Shown: piece by piece, positions 24,713 through 37,005 of the stretch | Position numbering within the stretch: position 1 is the first letter of the stretch | How the letters are laid out: the number at the start of each line of letters is the position of its first letter | NCBI GenBank assembly: GCA_025201805.1 | Contig: MU619393.1 | Location: 3,221-67,220 of the forward strand | Source: Parasitella parasitica NRRL 2501 | Lineage: Eukaryota; Fungi; Mucoromycota | Direction: 5' to 3' | DNA: 64,000 nt | Translations under genes and position numbers: made by a program | The notes under the pieces: generated by a model | Database searches by the model: none | What the model was told of the DNA's origin: nothing | Seen by the model: the letters and a program-made list of their open reading frames with translations, nothing else

Positions 24713-26505
24713 TTAGGCAGAAATTTTGCCACTGGCAGCATAGACAAAGAACAAAACCCAAGCAACAATCAAGCAAATAATAAAAGTACCCAAGTAAATA
24801 TAATTGAGTCTTTTGCGAGGAGTATTGGCATAAGAATCCAGCCCTTGTCTGTTCAATTCAATCTCTTTGTCGTTTCTCTCCCTCATGGCAAGAGTACGCT
24901 TTGCACGACTCATCTCCAACAGATTGCCCAGAAAAAAATATTGTGAAAGCCACAAGCCAGCAATGAGAAGCAAACCAATACACGACAGGATCAAAAAAAG
25001 AATCATTACGCCAGTGTAAGCTTGATTTGCAGTGTGATCTTGCACAACACCAACAATGATATCCAAAATAGTGGTACCAATATTGTTTGAGCTCTTGTAC
25101 ATACCGAGACCAGTACCGATGTAATCAGAGGGCAAAATCATGCCTATCGAGGTAATCATACCAATGGGGCCAAATGCAAGCGAGATACTATAAAACACCA
25201 TACCTATGGTGGCATCGACGTAGGACCATGCTAGTAAGCAAGTACTAAGAATCAAAAAGATGGCTGAAATCAGTAGAATGGAGATGCGAAGGCCAAAAAG
25301 GTCCATTATAATACCGAGAATTGGTGTGGCAACAATTGGGACTGATTGGGAAGCGCTCGCAGTGTAACCTGCCAAGACCTTGTTGCTACTTCCAAAGTGT
25401 AACTCAACAAATTCAGTGCTGATAGTCTGGAAAGAAGACCAGACAGCAGCAAAGATGAACTCGATCAAAAGAATATGCCAGTAAAAAATAGGAAACTTCA
25501 ACACGCTTTTCCAGTGGAATGCCTTGCGTCGTTTGACTTTTTCGACCTCTTGCTGAGGAAGTATTAATCCATGAGCAACAGCAGAAGTGTTGTTTTTTTC
25601 GCTATTTTCATTAATAGCTTTACGACGCAAATGTCTCACAACGAGAGCGTATACCAAATTCATCAATATAGAGAATATACAGATAATGAAGGATAACCAA
25701 AACGCCCAGACCCAATCACCTGTTCTTTCCGCTATTGGATTAGCTACCAATGTACCTAAAAATGTAGCTAATCGACTAATAGACAGCTGCAAACCAATCG
25801 CAATCGACAGATGTTGAGTTCTGAACCATTTGGATAGAATAGATTCTTGCATTGTAACGATTAAGCCCGAACCAATGCCAAAAATAACGCGCCCCGCCAC
25901 CATTGAACCAAACGATTGATACTTGGCTGCAATTGCAGTCAAAAGACTACCAATGATGACTACGGCGTTGATGGCAAGTGTACCCCAAATGGAGCCAAAC
26001 ATATCGACAAAAATACCACCAGCGATAGGGAAAATTGTGTTGATAATTGAGACAGAGGATGAAATAACACCGTATTGGGTATTATTAATACCAAGGTTCT
26101 ACAGGCGCATGGACAACAACATTAACGATAATGTCACACAGCATCGAAACAAAGGTGCTTTTACCGTTTTAATAGGGGCTTTCATTGCACTGAGTGCACT
26201 CTGTGAAAAATGAGCGCCAACTGTATAAAATAATTCAGCGTTAGGCTTTAGAAGTACAACACGTCTGTGTCTTTTCTGAACTTACGAGGAAATAGCAAGG
26301 CTGTGATCAACGCAATGAGTTTGTATTGCCATGGTGAATTAGCCAGTGCAGCATCACCAACGTCTTCAGACGTGAGGGGTAGATTCTCACTTGTAGAATT
26401 GCTATTTACGTCGTGATCCGAGTACTCTAAAGTCTTTTCAGCGGCATCAAGCGATTCACTGTGGTCATGATTTATCATAGCTTTCCTGCCTTCGACAAAA
26501 GGCAT
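24713..26505 (-). CDS. Major facilitator superfamily transporter, MFSD1-like, 3 exons
   Basis: About 12 hydrophobic helices; GGIFVDMFG, GRVIFGIGSG, KWFR...AIGLQLSISRL, and GIIMDLFGLR. Confidence 0.88.
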
Positions 26506-27095
26506 ATTTTTTCAAATAGATAAAAGAAGAAAAGTTGTGTGCTAGTGCAATCTGATTAAATTACCCTACTATACATATACAATTTAAAAAAAAAGTGAAA
26601 CACAAAAAATAGCTACTTTTGGATATATTCTTAATCTGATCATCAAATACAATCTATTCCAATTGTATGCATTTAGGTTAGTATTACAGGTAAGCTTTGC
26701 AGATGAAGGATATCAGAATAATCTGCATTGTGCAACTGATTACTAAGAAAAGAGTAATTTGTGTTCTAGGCTTGCTTCTGTTTTTTTTTTTTTTTTTTTT
26801 TTTTTAGCATCACTGTGGACGAATAGACAACGGATGAATTATTACTGCGATTTCTTGTTTTATATAAGAATCTGATAAACAAGCCTGCGAAAACCTCGGA
26901 GATCCTGATCAATCTAGTAAAATACAGTACACTGATTTAGTTGCATACATGTAACTGTGTAACTCATCAACATTTCTTTTTCCGTACAAATTGTCTTGTT
27001 TCAACATTTGTCTTTCTTAACAAACAATCCTCTTACGGTATAGTGGGCAAAGAATCTTTATTTCATCAAATTAATGTGCATGTGTTTATTATATT

Positions 27096-30000
27096 TTAAA
27101 ATTCGGCATTTGGAGGATAAGCTTCTTTCACTGTTGCCCCTTCTTCTGTGCTCAAAACCAGAATACTTAGCTTATCAACCTTTTCCATCATGACATTTTT
27201 AAGGGTGTCATTCGATCCCAGGAGTTCATTTCCTTCAGTTACACCAATATAATCAAAGACACCATTGAGGCCAGTATAACCATCTTTCCAAAAGTGGACC
27301 GCACCTCCCTTAAGACGAGCGTATACCTTGATATACGCGCCTGCTAATGGACGCTTGGACTTTTCGCTCATGACTCGAACGACTCCAAACGATTCTGCAA
27401 GATGAGTGTAAAGACGATTGGCATAATAGGCTTGGCGTCTTTTGATGGGACCACTAGACATCTCGACAAACACATTCTTGTTGCCTCCATTGAAAGGAAC
27501 CTTGACAGTCTGCAATGTGTTTACTTGGCCAACACCGATGACATCAAAATCTTCGTTTTGCTCATCGGCAAAGGACTGTTGGTCTGGTAGTTCCATAGTG
27601 ACAGCATAGCTTGGTTTTATCCAATTGAAGTTTTGGCTGGTCGCTTTTTCGCCATTGCTGTTCATGAAGGGATTGTTGGAGAACATGACCTCGATATTCA
27701 TGTCGTAATACTTTATCTGGATAGAACTGACATTTGCATACTGCACAACCAGTTCATCATTACGTTGATCCACCTCGAACTCAAGGATGGGCTCAGACAA
27801 GATACGGTTGCTTTGCAAAGAATTGTCCGACATCCCAAAAGAGCCTTGCTCGACTTCGCATACAAAGTCATGCAGATTTCTGAACAATTGACGCCATTTA
27901 GGACTATCAAACTCCTTGTATTTGTTTGCAATATCTTTGATAGATTGGAGATCTAATTGCTGCATCTGAGCCTGGTCGGTAGCGACAGGAATGCGTGTTT
28001 TTAAATACGCGTTCAAATAGTCGAATTGTACCTGATGGGTGGGACTCTCAGTGTCTTGAATACGTGCAAATGTAGCTTGTGCTTCACCAATACGGTCTTG
28101 TAAAAGCAAATATAGCGTCAAGATAATGAGATCAGAGTCGGATGGAGCTTTTGATTTGAGACTCAAATAATCAAGGAAATTGTTATATTGCTGATAAAAC
28201 TGTTGATTAAGAATCTCTGCGGTAGGCTTCAAAGGATGTGCTCTAGCATTGAGCAGTGGATAATAGTCAAGAACTAGCAGCTGATGCTGCTCCAACTTGT
28301 CACTGGCAACCAGAGGCGAGTCAAATACTTGGCCGACTTGAGAAAACAAATCGTTGCTTTGGAAGAGGAGCAAATCTCGAATGATGTCGGGAAATTGGTG
28401 GGAAACGCCGTATTTCCAGATTTCCCGAGCCAAGAAATATCTACTCTTCAGGACATCAAAGACGGACCGAGCAAAATCGCGGCTGTTCATCCTCCAATAA
28501 ATCAGACTGAAGTCAAGTTTATCCAATTTGCGATATGAACTGAGGAATCCAATCACTTGTTCATTTGAGCCGCTGTTTGCAATGGCAGACCAAGATTGAG
28601 AGATAGATGCGACCTGATTGGAGCCATTGGATACGGCGGTAGATGATGGCTCATTGACACGAATGTTTGTAGCCTCGATCATACCAATAAGTTCGTCGCC
28701 TGAAGATGTCGATACAGTAACAGGCACAATAGCGTAATCACCGGCGGCAGGAAAGTAGAAAGTACCAACAACTTGGTGCCATGTTGAATAAGGCTGGATG
28801 CGGATTGTGCTTGATTTACAGTAGGTTGTCGTTTGTGTAGGTACCGATCCGGTCGGTATCTGCACAGTTATCTGACAGGTAAGTGGCTTTGATGAGACGT
28901 TGCTAATAATCAAATGAGAGCCATATTCTACCGCAGATTCCAAGGCCTGGGTCGCAGGGTTTATCTTTATGCATTCCTCAGAATCAATATATGCCGCTGG
29001 GTCAAAGACAAAGATCTCCTGGCCCAGCATCAGATTGTGTCGGTCATTGCTAATGAAATTTCCTTGGTTCTCGATCAACGTACGATAAAACACCATTAAA
29101 GGCTGTGTCGCTGCAGAAATAACTAAGCTGGATTGAGAGTCATTGTCGCTGGCTGCGTCAATTTTCCAGTCAGTGTTGGAGGCAAAAGGCAAATCCATCA
29201 AAGCCAATACGTAAAACAGCTCGGCTGGACTATCCAAGCAGTAGATAAAATTCTCTGACAAGAAGTGGCTGTCAGAGGATTGGCAATTGATGTGATGCTC
29301 AACGTAGTCTATCCAAAATTGCTTCAAAGGAGCTTGATTTTGGTAGAAGAATCCCATTTCAGTCCATTCGCTGGTAGATTCGGTATACTTGTAGCTCACT
29401 TTCTTGCGTTGCTCCTTGGCCTTTTCTCTCAATTCGTTGACAGCTTCCTCAACAATCACCTCATCTTGTTCATCATCTTCGTCATCATCTTCATCAGTAT
29501 CAACGGGTGACCCTGGGCTATAACTAGGGGAGGCAAAGCGGCGGAAGGGTTGCCTCAGGGAAGCAGTCTGAGCTATCCTAGGTTCTCCACGAGAAATAAG
29601 ACTAGCGGCAAAAGCAGCAGGAGGAGGAGGAGGAGCAGAAGCTCCAAAAGTTACAGCATTTGATTCACTTGACTGGATGTAACTTTCTGCAACATCGGCA
29701 ACAGTAGTAGTAGCAGCAGCAGCAGCAGCAGCAGCACTGCGCGCTAAAATAGAGTCAAAAATGGAGTCGCTTCTGTTGTCTAATTTTTCATCGTCTAGAG
29801 AATCTTTGAAGCATCTTGCAACAGCCTGCATGACATCCTTGGATTGTGTGGACGCAAAAAGAGCCTTTTCAACCGTATCAAGTTGTTTGAACCGATACAG
29901 ATCACGCTGGTACAGTGATAAATCTTGATCCAAAAGGTACAAATCCATAAAAGACTTTTGAATCTTGCTCTGGATTGCAGGCTTGACATGAACATCAAAA

Positions 30001-33000
30001 AAGACCTCATCTTTCTTCTTTAACCACAAGTTCAATTCATGACAAACATGCTTGTCATGAAGCTCCCGCTTACTGGCCAAATCAAGCCCTGACCATGTCT
30101 TTAAAAAGTAAAACGTTTGAGCAAATTCCTCTCCTGCGGTGGAGATTGTCTTGACAGTGTCAAACAACTTCTCCAAGCTATCTATAGTCTCGTACTCATG
30201 GGTGTTAAGAGCTAAAGAATCATTGGGAAGCAGCTTGGAGATCACCTTTGAGCGAATCAATGCCTTGTTGCTGCTTTTATGTTGACTAAGGTCTTTGAGT
30301 TTCAAGCTTCTGCTGTGGTCAATGACTGTTTGTTGGCAAACAGTTTGATCGCCAGAGACCACAACTGCTTGCAGGAATTTTCCACCATAGCCAAGAGATC
30401 GGCGACTGATTTCAACCTTACCATTTTCAGGTACGGGGAGCACAAGAATGGGCGACAGATGGTCCAAGAATGCAAAGCTGGAATCCATTGCACAGCTAAT
30501 ATTAGATGTGAGCATACTGCAATTGGCACCTCGAGCAAAATCCAGGCCACTGAAGCCCATTGTCTTCATCTTCTTGCTGCAAGCCATCTCCGCCATTTCC
30601 TCTACATTTTCAAGATTTCTTGCGTTGGATGCCGTGCTAGCATTTTTCTTTATATGCATATATATATAAAAAAAAAAAAAAGAGGGGAGGGGGAGTGAGA
30701 CGAGTGAGTAATGACGAAAATTTTATGCGACGAGGATGAATTTTACCTTGGGATACATGAGTAATGATGGTTTCGTCAAGTTACTACCAACCCATTTCTC
30801 AGATCGGGAGCGATTCAAGATGTATTGGTATTCTTCACTAATGCGCTTGTCGCCTAAAAAGATGGAGCGAGTACCGAGTGTATCATTTTCTTGGCAGGGA
30901 GGTTGAGGAAGAGGACGGCTGTTAAAGAGGTGGGTCATGAGAGTTTCGTGGGATGACGGAATAAAGGTGCTGGTGGTCACTACTACAAATGCCTTTGAAG
31001 GAGACGCATTTTCAATTTGAAGTTGGACAGCATCATCAGAGATGGATGTGCTCGAAATAGTCAATGGCTTCTTCAGCACAGATCCATTTTGTCTTCCATA
31101 TCTGTTTTCACCAAGAAGCCAATTAGACCACAATGTTTGGTCGGTGCCATCAACCAAACTTTGAATGACGGTGCATTTGATGTACTCTAAACCGCCAGTC
31201 GAAGAAGGAATGTGAAGCATGTATTCACCCTCGGGTAACCCTGCAACAGTGATGAACCCATCCTGCTTTTGGATTTTATCTGAAGCGTCTCTGACGAGGG
31301 TTCTAAAAAATTAAATGTTAGAGTAAAGTAGCATTTCGAGCCAAGATGCTGTGTGTACTTACGACCGGATACCAGTAGCATAAAGAGAGTAGAGCGAACC
31401 AGGAAGGCTGGTGGGGCAAGCAATCCTGAACTCCTTGCCAGCAGATACACAAACTGCAGGTGGCAGAGCAGAATTAATATCGTTTCGGAACACCCATTGC
31501 TTGTAGGTAGAATAAGTATTGTTAAACTCAATCCATTGGATATCTTTGAGCTCTCCAAGTTCAACGGCACCTTCTTGGTTTGTCTTGACAAGGACATCAA
31601 CGGTACGATTGACAAAGGCATGCTTAAGTCGAAGAGAAACCTCGTAGTCTTTCTGGGGCTCACCGTTCTTTCCAAAAGCACGGATGAAATAGATGTCGTT
31701 TGATTTTTCAAGCTGAACACTGCACGGAAGATTACGGCTGCTTGGTCCAACACAGAACGAAATGTTGTGATTAGCGCCAATTTCATGCATTGAGCCATCG
31801 ATACCCTTGAGCTTTCCCGTAAGATGGAAGTCAACAAATGTCACTATATATTATATAAAATGATCCAAAGTTAAAAAAAAAGAAAAAAAAAAGAAGAAGA
31901 AGAAGCATTCGGGCATCTGCAATATACTTACGTTGCTCAGGCACAATGAAATCAAAACTAATATAGCTAGGGTTGCAATCAATATTTTGACAGGTGGAAC
32001 TAGTTTTGACATTGCTTGAATTGGTGCAATCAACACTCAAGGTTAGTTTTTCTTGTAATAAACTCCAAGGTACAGTAACATCGTTTAGAGTCAATTTGGG
32101 GACAACTACGACTGTCGCCTTCTTGTTTGTGTTGACCATTTCAGGATTCACGTAAAAGCTAGCTTTCAAGTTGTATTGCTCAGCATGATGGTAAAAACTT
32201 GCAGGCTCGCAGAAGCCGTCGTTCGCAGATACAAGAATCACTTTTCTCATTTTGGAACTTTGATCGCGAGGCAAGTAGGGAATCAGGATGTTGTTGGCAT
32301 TGTCAGCCTGTATGTATGTCAGCAATCTATATATCGTTTTTAAAGATCTTGGCTATATATATGTTGCACAAACCTCGTAATACTGATTGTTATACCATAT
32401 CTTCGCATTTTCTAAAATTTGGCCATCTTCACGAACTATCTTGGCTACGTGGCCAGCTGGCGTCTCTTGAATAACATGTCTAAGGTAGCCCTTTTGCACA
32501 ATAACGCGGCATTGGTGCTGGCCACCTACAAATTCAACCACCCAAAGACCACGACCTTTAAACACGTCAGCTGCCAAACCGCTTTGACCAAACTCGAATT
32601 CAGTAGTTTTCACCAACAAAGCTGGCTCGGAAGAGTAGTCCATATCCTTTTCAAACGTAGGGCAGAGGCCATCCAGATTGATATTGCTGTTGGCAGCAAC
32701 AGGATTACTGCCATCGTTCAGATGAATGCGCCAGTAGTTCTCGGTGTCAATCTGGAATACGCGAATGGCAAGGCGAGATATGTTTTTTGTTTTAATCTGC
32801 AATTTGATGGCATCAGATGGCTTTCTTTTCTCACAAGTGTTGATAGTGGCAGGCGTAAATGACACCAATGATTTGGATACCAGAGATTCGTAAGCAGCAC
32901 TACCTAGAGATTTTGCCCAAGATCCTTGGTTTTTAGTATCGGATGATACTGTCAGCATGATCTCGGCTAACATGGGCTTCAAAATATTATGGTAATCCAT

Positions 33001-34319
33001 ATATGCGCCAAGGGCTTCAGTAGAAACAGTTAGTTTTTGGCGTGTAACCAAGCCTGTCAAGTATTCCTCGACTACCAAGCGTTTATCCGAGTCAGGAATG
33101 GCGCATTGACCAAGCAGAGGTAATGAAATCAAAGAGTTTTCCGTGCTGCTGTTTCCAAACGATACTGAGCGAGTGGGAACTGGGGACAACATTTGAGCAT
33201 TGTTGTTGTTGTTGTTATTGGACGAAATGGATAAATAGCTATAAACTAGTTTTAAACTTCCATACAAACATTTGCTAAATACACTTACTTTACTAGACGT
33301 TCCTCACAAAAATCTTGTCTAACAATGTCAATACGCAACTTGTGAAATTTGATTGCTGCGTTCACGGTAAAATACATGCCGGGTAGCTTTTCAGCAAAGG
33401 TCTCCAAGCGATCCAAGTAATCCTTGAGCACATTGGCATCATCGTCCCAAAAAGAAATCGACTGATGGGCATGATATTCAGCCGGTACCAATTTCTCGAG
33501 ATAGGCATTGACAAAAGTGTCGTGCAGGAAAACAACGTTGGGGATTCTGTCAATGAGCTGATCAAGCTGCTGCAAGGTAAAATTGTAGAAAGGTAAGTTT
33601 TCCAGGCACCAGTTAGAATCAGACGTCTGTTCTTTCCACAATGTGGCCAAACGGTTTATTAAATCCGGACCAAATGCACTTTCCGAAGGGATATACAGCA
33701 GCTTTTTCAATAGCGCGACTTGTTCGTTTGGAGACAATCCTTGCCACAGACTGACATCATTAGCAATAAGAGGGAAAGACAGTATCTCTAGATCAAGCAT
33801 AGTATGGCCAGTGGAGGATGCAAACTCTTTGAAGCTGTCGCGGATCAAGTTTTTACCATCGAGCAAAGCAGGATCAAGCTTGCATGGTGCAGTTGATTTG
33901 CTGCAGGATTCAGTCGAAGGAAGACTACTCTGCTCTGGAGTGGCTACCGGCTGTCCGTTATCGATCATGTCAAGGTGAAGGCCTTTCTTGATGAATTCAA
34001 TACTAGTGCTAGTCTCGAATGGGTAGATCAATAAATAAAAGCGCGTGGAGAGCTCCCTGAAGCGCGCGCTGTGGCCATCCAGCTTCGCAAGAAGATCCTT
34101 CATCTGTTTTGAGAGCTCATTTTCGGCATCCGTTGCTTGGCGTACTTTAACAGGATCTTGGTGGTTCATGACTTGGTCGTAAATCTTTTGCAGCAAAATC
34201 AGGCCCTGATAATACGTTGCATCCTCGGTGTTTGCTGCTGCTAATTTGTCGACAACATCCTGTCTATTATCAAGGGGGGCAGTTGCAAAACTCTCTTTCA
34301 ATGAGGAGATAAACGGCAT
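27096..34319 (-). CDS. Giant (~2,300 aa, 6 exons) conserved protein of unknown function; AbpF-like / planctomycete giant-hypothetical family
   Basis: Six consecutive minus-strand ORFs joined by short GT-AG introns. Motifs include INLDGL, GRGLWVVEFVGG, EYQYILNR, CHELN, FWIDY, YYPLLNARAH, YLLLQDRIGEA and YIKVYARLKGGAVHFWKDGYTGLNGVFDY. The family assignment is from recalled motifs, not from a search. Confidence 0.8.
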
Positions 34320-34370
34320 TGTTAAAAGAGTTTCTATTGATAAAAACAAATATTTGGCGTTTCCATCGCC

Positions 34371-34378
34371 TATTTATA
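34371..34378 (-). promoter_or_regulatory. TATA box of the giant-protein gene
   Basis: TATAAATA on the minus strand ~52 nt upstream of the ATG at 34319. Confidence 0.55.
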
Positions 34379-35507
34379 CTTTTTGAAAGATAAAACGGAT
34401 ATAAGGACAAAGTTGGTTTAGCCTATTAAAACATGTTTCAGGATTACTACTGCTGATATTATGTAACGGAAGCCATCAAGAAAAGGGTCGCACAAGAAAA
34501 CGAGAGAAATGCTCAAAGCAATTGCATGACAAACAAATACTGAATTACTTTCAAGACATGTGAAAAAATGATTGAACTTTGGATATTTTGCTTTTCATTA
34601 ATGCTAAAGTTGTGTGAATATGCAGCTTTTCATAATCAAATTACCTCAAAACTTACTAATTGAGCAAGCAAAAGTAGCAAAATCGCTAAAATATATCGTA
34701 AACAACATATCATTAGACATCTATTGCAGAAATGCATGAATGCATAAAACTTATATTTCTTATCAACATGTTTCCATCAGTTTTCCAAAAGACTCTTTTT
34801 CTCTTTTTTTTTACTCATGAAATCAAACTGGGAAATGAAAAGATAGCGAAAAGACATCTCAGAGGGGAGAAAAGATATCCGCCAAAGACAAAGATGGTAG
34901 GCTACAAATATCTAACATAATATGACTAAAAACATGTACAATATTTAGACTTGTTTGAAGTGTATGTCAAGATAGCTCAGCAACCTGCTTTAGTTATTAC
35001 TAAGTGTGAGAACTTCAAAATTCTCTATAGTCTCAGAACGACAAGCAGACGCCCGGACCATTGTAGCAGAAAACATGCTACAAACTAAATACAAGGATTA
35101 AACTAAAATGAATACATTAAATGTACTAAAACGAAATTTGCTTTTTTTTTTCAGATCGACAAAAATGTACCTGGTCGCTCAACTGTAAAAAAAAAAATCA
35201 GAAATATCCTTTCAAAGCTTCAATTTGACGCAAGTTGTCGCTGTTGGTTGCTGTTGCTGTCATTTGTTTGCAAGGCATACCAGTGCCTGTCGAGTATTCT
35301 GAGCATCTGCCTCCTTTTTATTATCGTCCAGTACCTTGTTTTTGAGTTGGATAGAGCCGTGGAATTTGCTCTAAAGCAGTAATGCACTCGCCCTCAAGAA
35401 CCAACATCTGAAAAAAAAACAGCACCTCATTCGGTAGTTCAAAAGATCAAAAAGATTTTTCTTTACGTGTTGCTCTTCCATTCTTTTTTCTTCAAGTATC
35501 CTTCAAA

Positions 35508-36722
35508 ATGAGTGGATGGAAACAAGCACCGCAACAGCAGTGGCAGAGCAATGCTTCTGAATACACATCTGAATACACATCTGATGAAGAATACACTGAT
35601 GACGACGACCTACCGCCTCTTGCTGCCACATGGGGCACCCAAACTGTTGAAAAGGATGGCACTACCAATGTTAGCTTAACTGTCAGCGGTTGGCAAAGTC
35701 TTATTGATCCCAGCATCAAAACCAAACCTGGTGGTATTGGAAGTGGTCAGCTTCATCGTCGTGGAGCTAATTTCAAGCCCATCGATGAGCAAGACATTAT
35801 TGATAGACGTTTAGGTATTCCTGTCCAGGGTGGGTTGGGCGGTGGTAAGAAGAAGAAGAAATCCAAGAAGCCTGCTGCTAATGGCAGTGTCAATCTTCCA
35901 TCTACCCCAAAAAGAAGACCTGTTTCTACTTCTTTGATCCCTCCATCAGGATCTGCGTTTCGTGGAAGAGAAGCAATTACTTCGGGCGCTTGGGGTTCTG
36001 GTTCTCTATCCTCCACCCCTTTCTGGCAGCAGCCAACCAACAACGCAGGGAATGGCTCTGCGGCCAGTAAGTATGCTTCTCTTTCATCTGCCAGCAATGC
36101 AGGAAATGGCGCTGCGACCAGTAAGTATTCTTCTCTTTCATCTGCCAATAGCCGTCCTCCTGCTTTCACTCGCCCACCAAATCCATTCCAATCAACCCAA
36201 CCTTCCCCACTTGTTGCTCCATCTAGACCAGCAGAGCCTGCATCATTCATTAGGTCCAATAAAGGATCTGCTGCTTCAAAGTATGCTTCACCTGCTGCTA
36301 CCATTCCTGTGGCAACACAACAACAATATCAACCTCAGCAACTTCAGCAACCTCAACAACTTCAGCAACCTCAACAACTTCAGCAACCTCAACAACTTCA
36401 GCAGCCTCAGCAGCCTCAGCAGCCTCAACAGCCTCAACAGCCTCCACAACCTATGGTTTTCAATGTACCCACCGCTAGCTTAAAATTAGAACAGCCTATT
36501 ATGAATATCAAGGTAGAAATATCAATTGGTCAGTATGCATCTATGAGTATCTATGCAAATGAAGCACCAGAAAAGGCTGTAGAAAGACTGGAGCGAAGTG
36601 CCAAGCTGACGAATCAGGATTTTGGATTTGATGACTATCAAAGGAGCAATGTCAAAGCATATATTACATCTCTTGTTGACGATTATAACAAAAGAATGGG
36701 TATCACATCTCAAGCCCAATGA
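35508..36722 (+). CDS. Uncharacterised intronless protein, mostly low-complexity (S/G/N/P-rich and QQP repeats), with a small globular C-terminal domain
   Basis: 404-aa ORF with good start context (AAAATG), a CT-rich leader, internal repeats and a K-rich patch. No family recognised. Confidence 0.75.
   Translation: MSGWKQAPQQQWQSNASEYTSEYTSDEEYTDDDDLPPLAATWGTQTVEKDGTTNVSLTVSGWQSLIDPSIKTKPGGIGSGQLHRRGANFKPIDEQDIIDRRLGIPVQGGLGGGKKKKKSKKPAANGSVNLPSTPKRRPVSTSLIPPSGSAFRGREAITSGAWGSGSLSSTPFWQQPTNNAGNGSAASKYASLSSASNAGNGAATSKYSSLSSANSRPPAFTRPPNPFQSTQPSPLVAPSRPAEPASFIRSNKGSAASKYASPAATIPVATQQQYQPQQLQQPQQLQQPQQLQQPQQLQQPQQPQQPQQPQQPPQPMVFNVPTASLKLEQPIMNIKVEISIGQYASMSIYANEAPEKAVERLERSAKLTNQDFGFDDYQRSNVKAYITSLVDDYNKRMGITSQAQ
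36330..36452 (+). repeat. Coding minisatellite (CAGCAACCTCAACAACTT)n encoding QQPQQL/QQP
   Basis: 18-nt unit repeated about 4 times, followed by 9-nt CAGCAGCCT/CAACAGCCT units. Confidence 0.9.
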
Positions 36723-36843
36723 AGAAATACCAAAAATAAAATATAAAAGCTTTAAATGATATTTGGTTGGTCTCAAACAGATCCTTGGAATACTGTAACA
36801 TGGAGTATTGCAGTGTTGTACAGAAAATGATGGACTGCCTTAA

Positions 36844-36927
36844 ACGCGTTCATGAAGCGCGATGGTTGATTAGTAACAGGACATCAATGGTACATGTTGC
36901 AAAAAATTTCTTTTCAGTCACACGCGT
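36844..36927. promoter_or_regulatory. Two MluI cell-cycle boxes (ACGCGT) in the RNR1 promoter
   Basis: ACGCGT at 36844-36849 and 36922-36927, ~80-160 nt upstream of RNR1, the classic MCB-controlled S-phase gene. Confidence 0.7.
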
Positions 36928-37005
36928 AATGATAAAAGAAGCGTAGTTTTTCTCTTCCTTCCCCACTTCTTTCTTCTTCTGAAAAACGATTACAAGATCA
37001 GGACT

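Noticed and set aside
36330-36452. Regular short repeats considered as a CRISPR-like array
   Set aside because: There are no unique spacers; it is an in-frame coding minisatellite in a eukaryotic gene.
35753-36483. Overlapping 183-aa (-) and 173-aa (+) ORFs
   Set aside because: These are shadow frames of the repetitive, stop-poor 404-aa gene.
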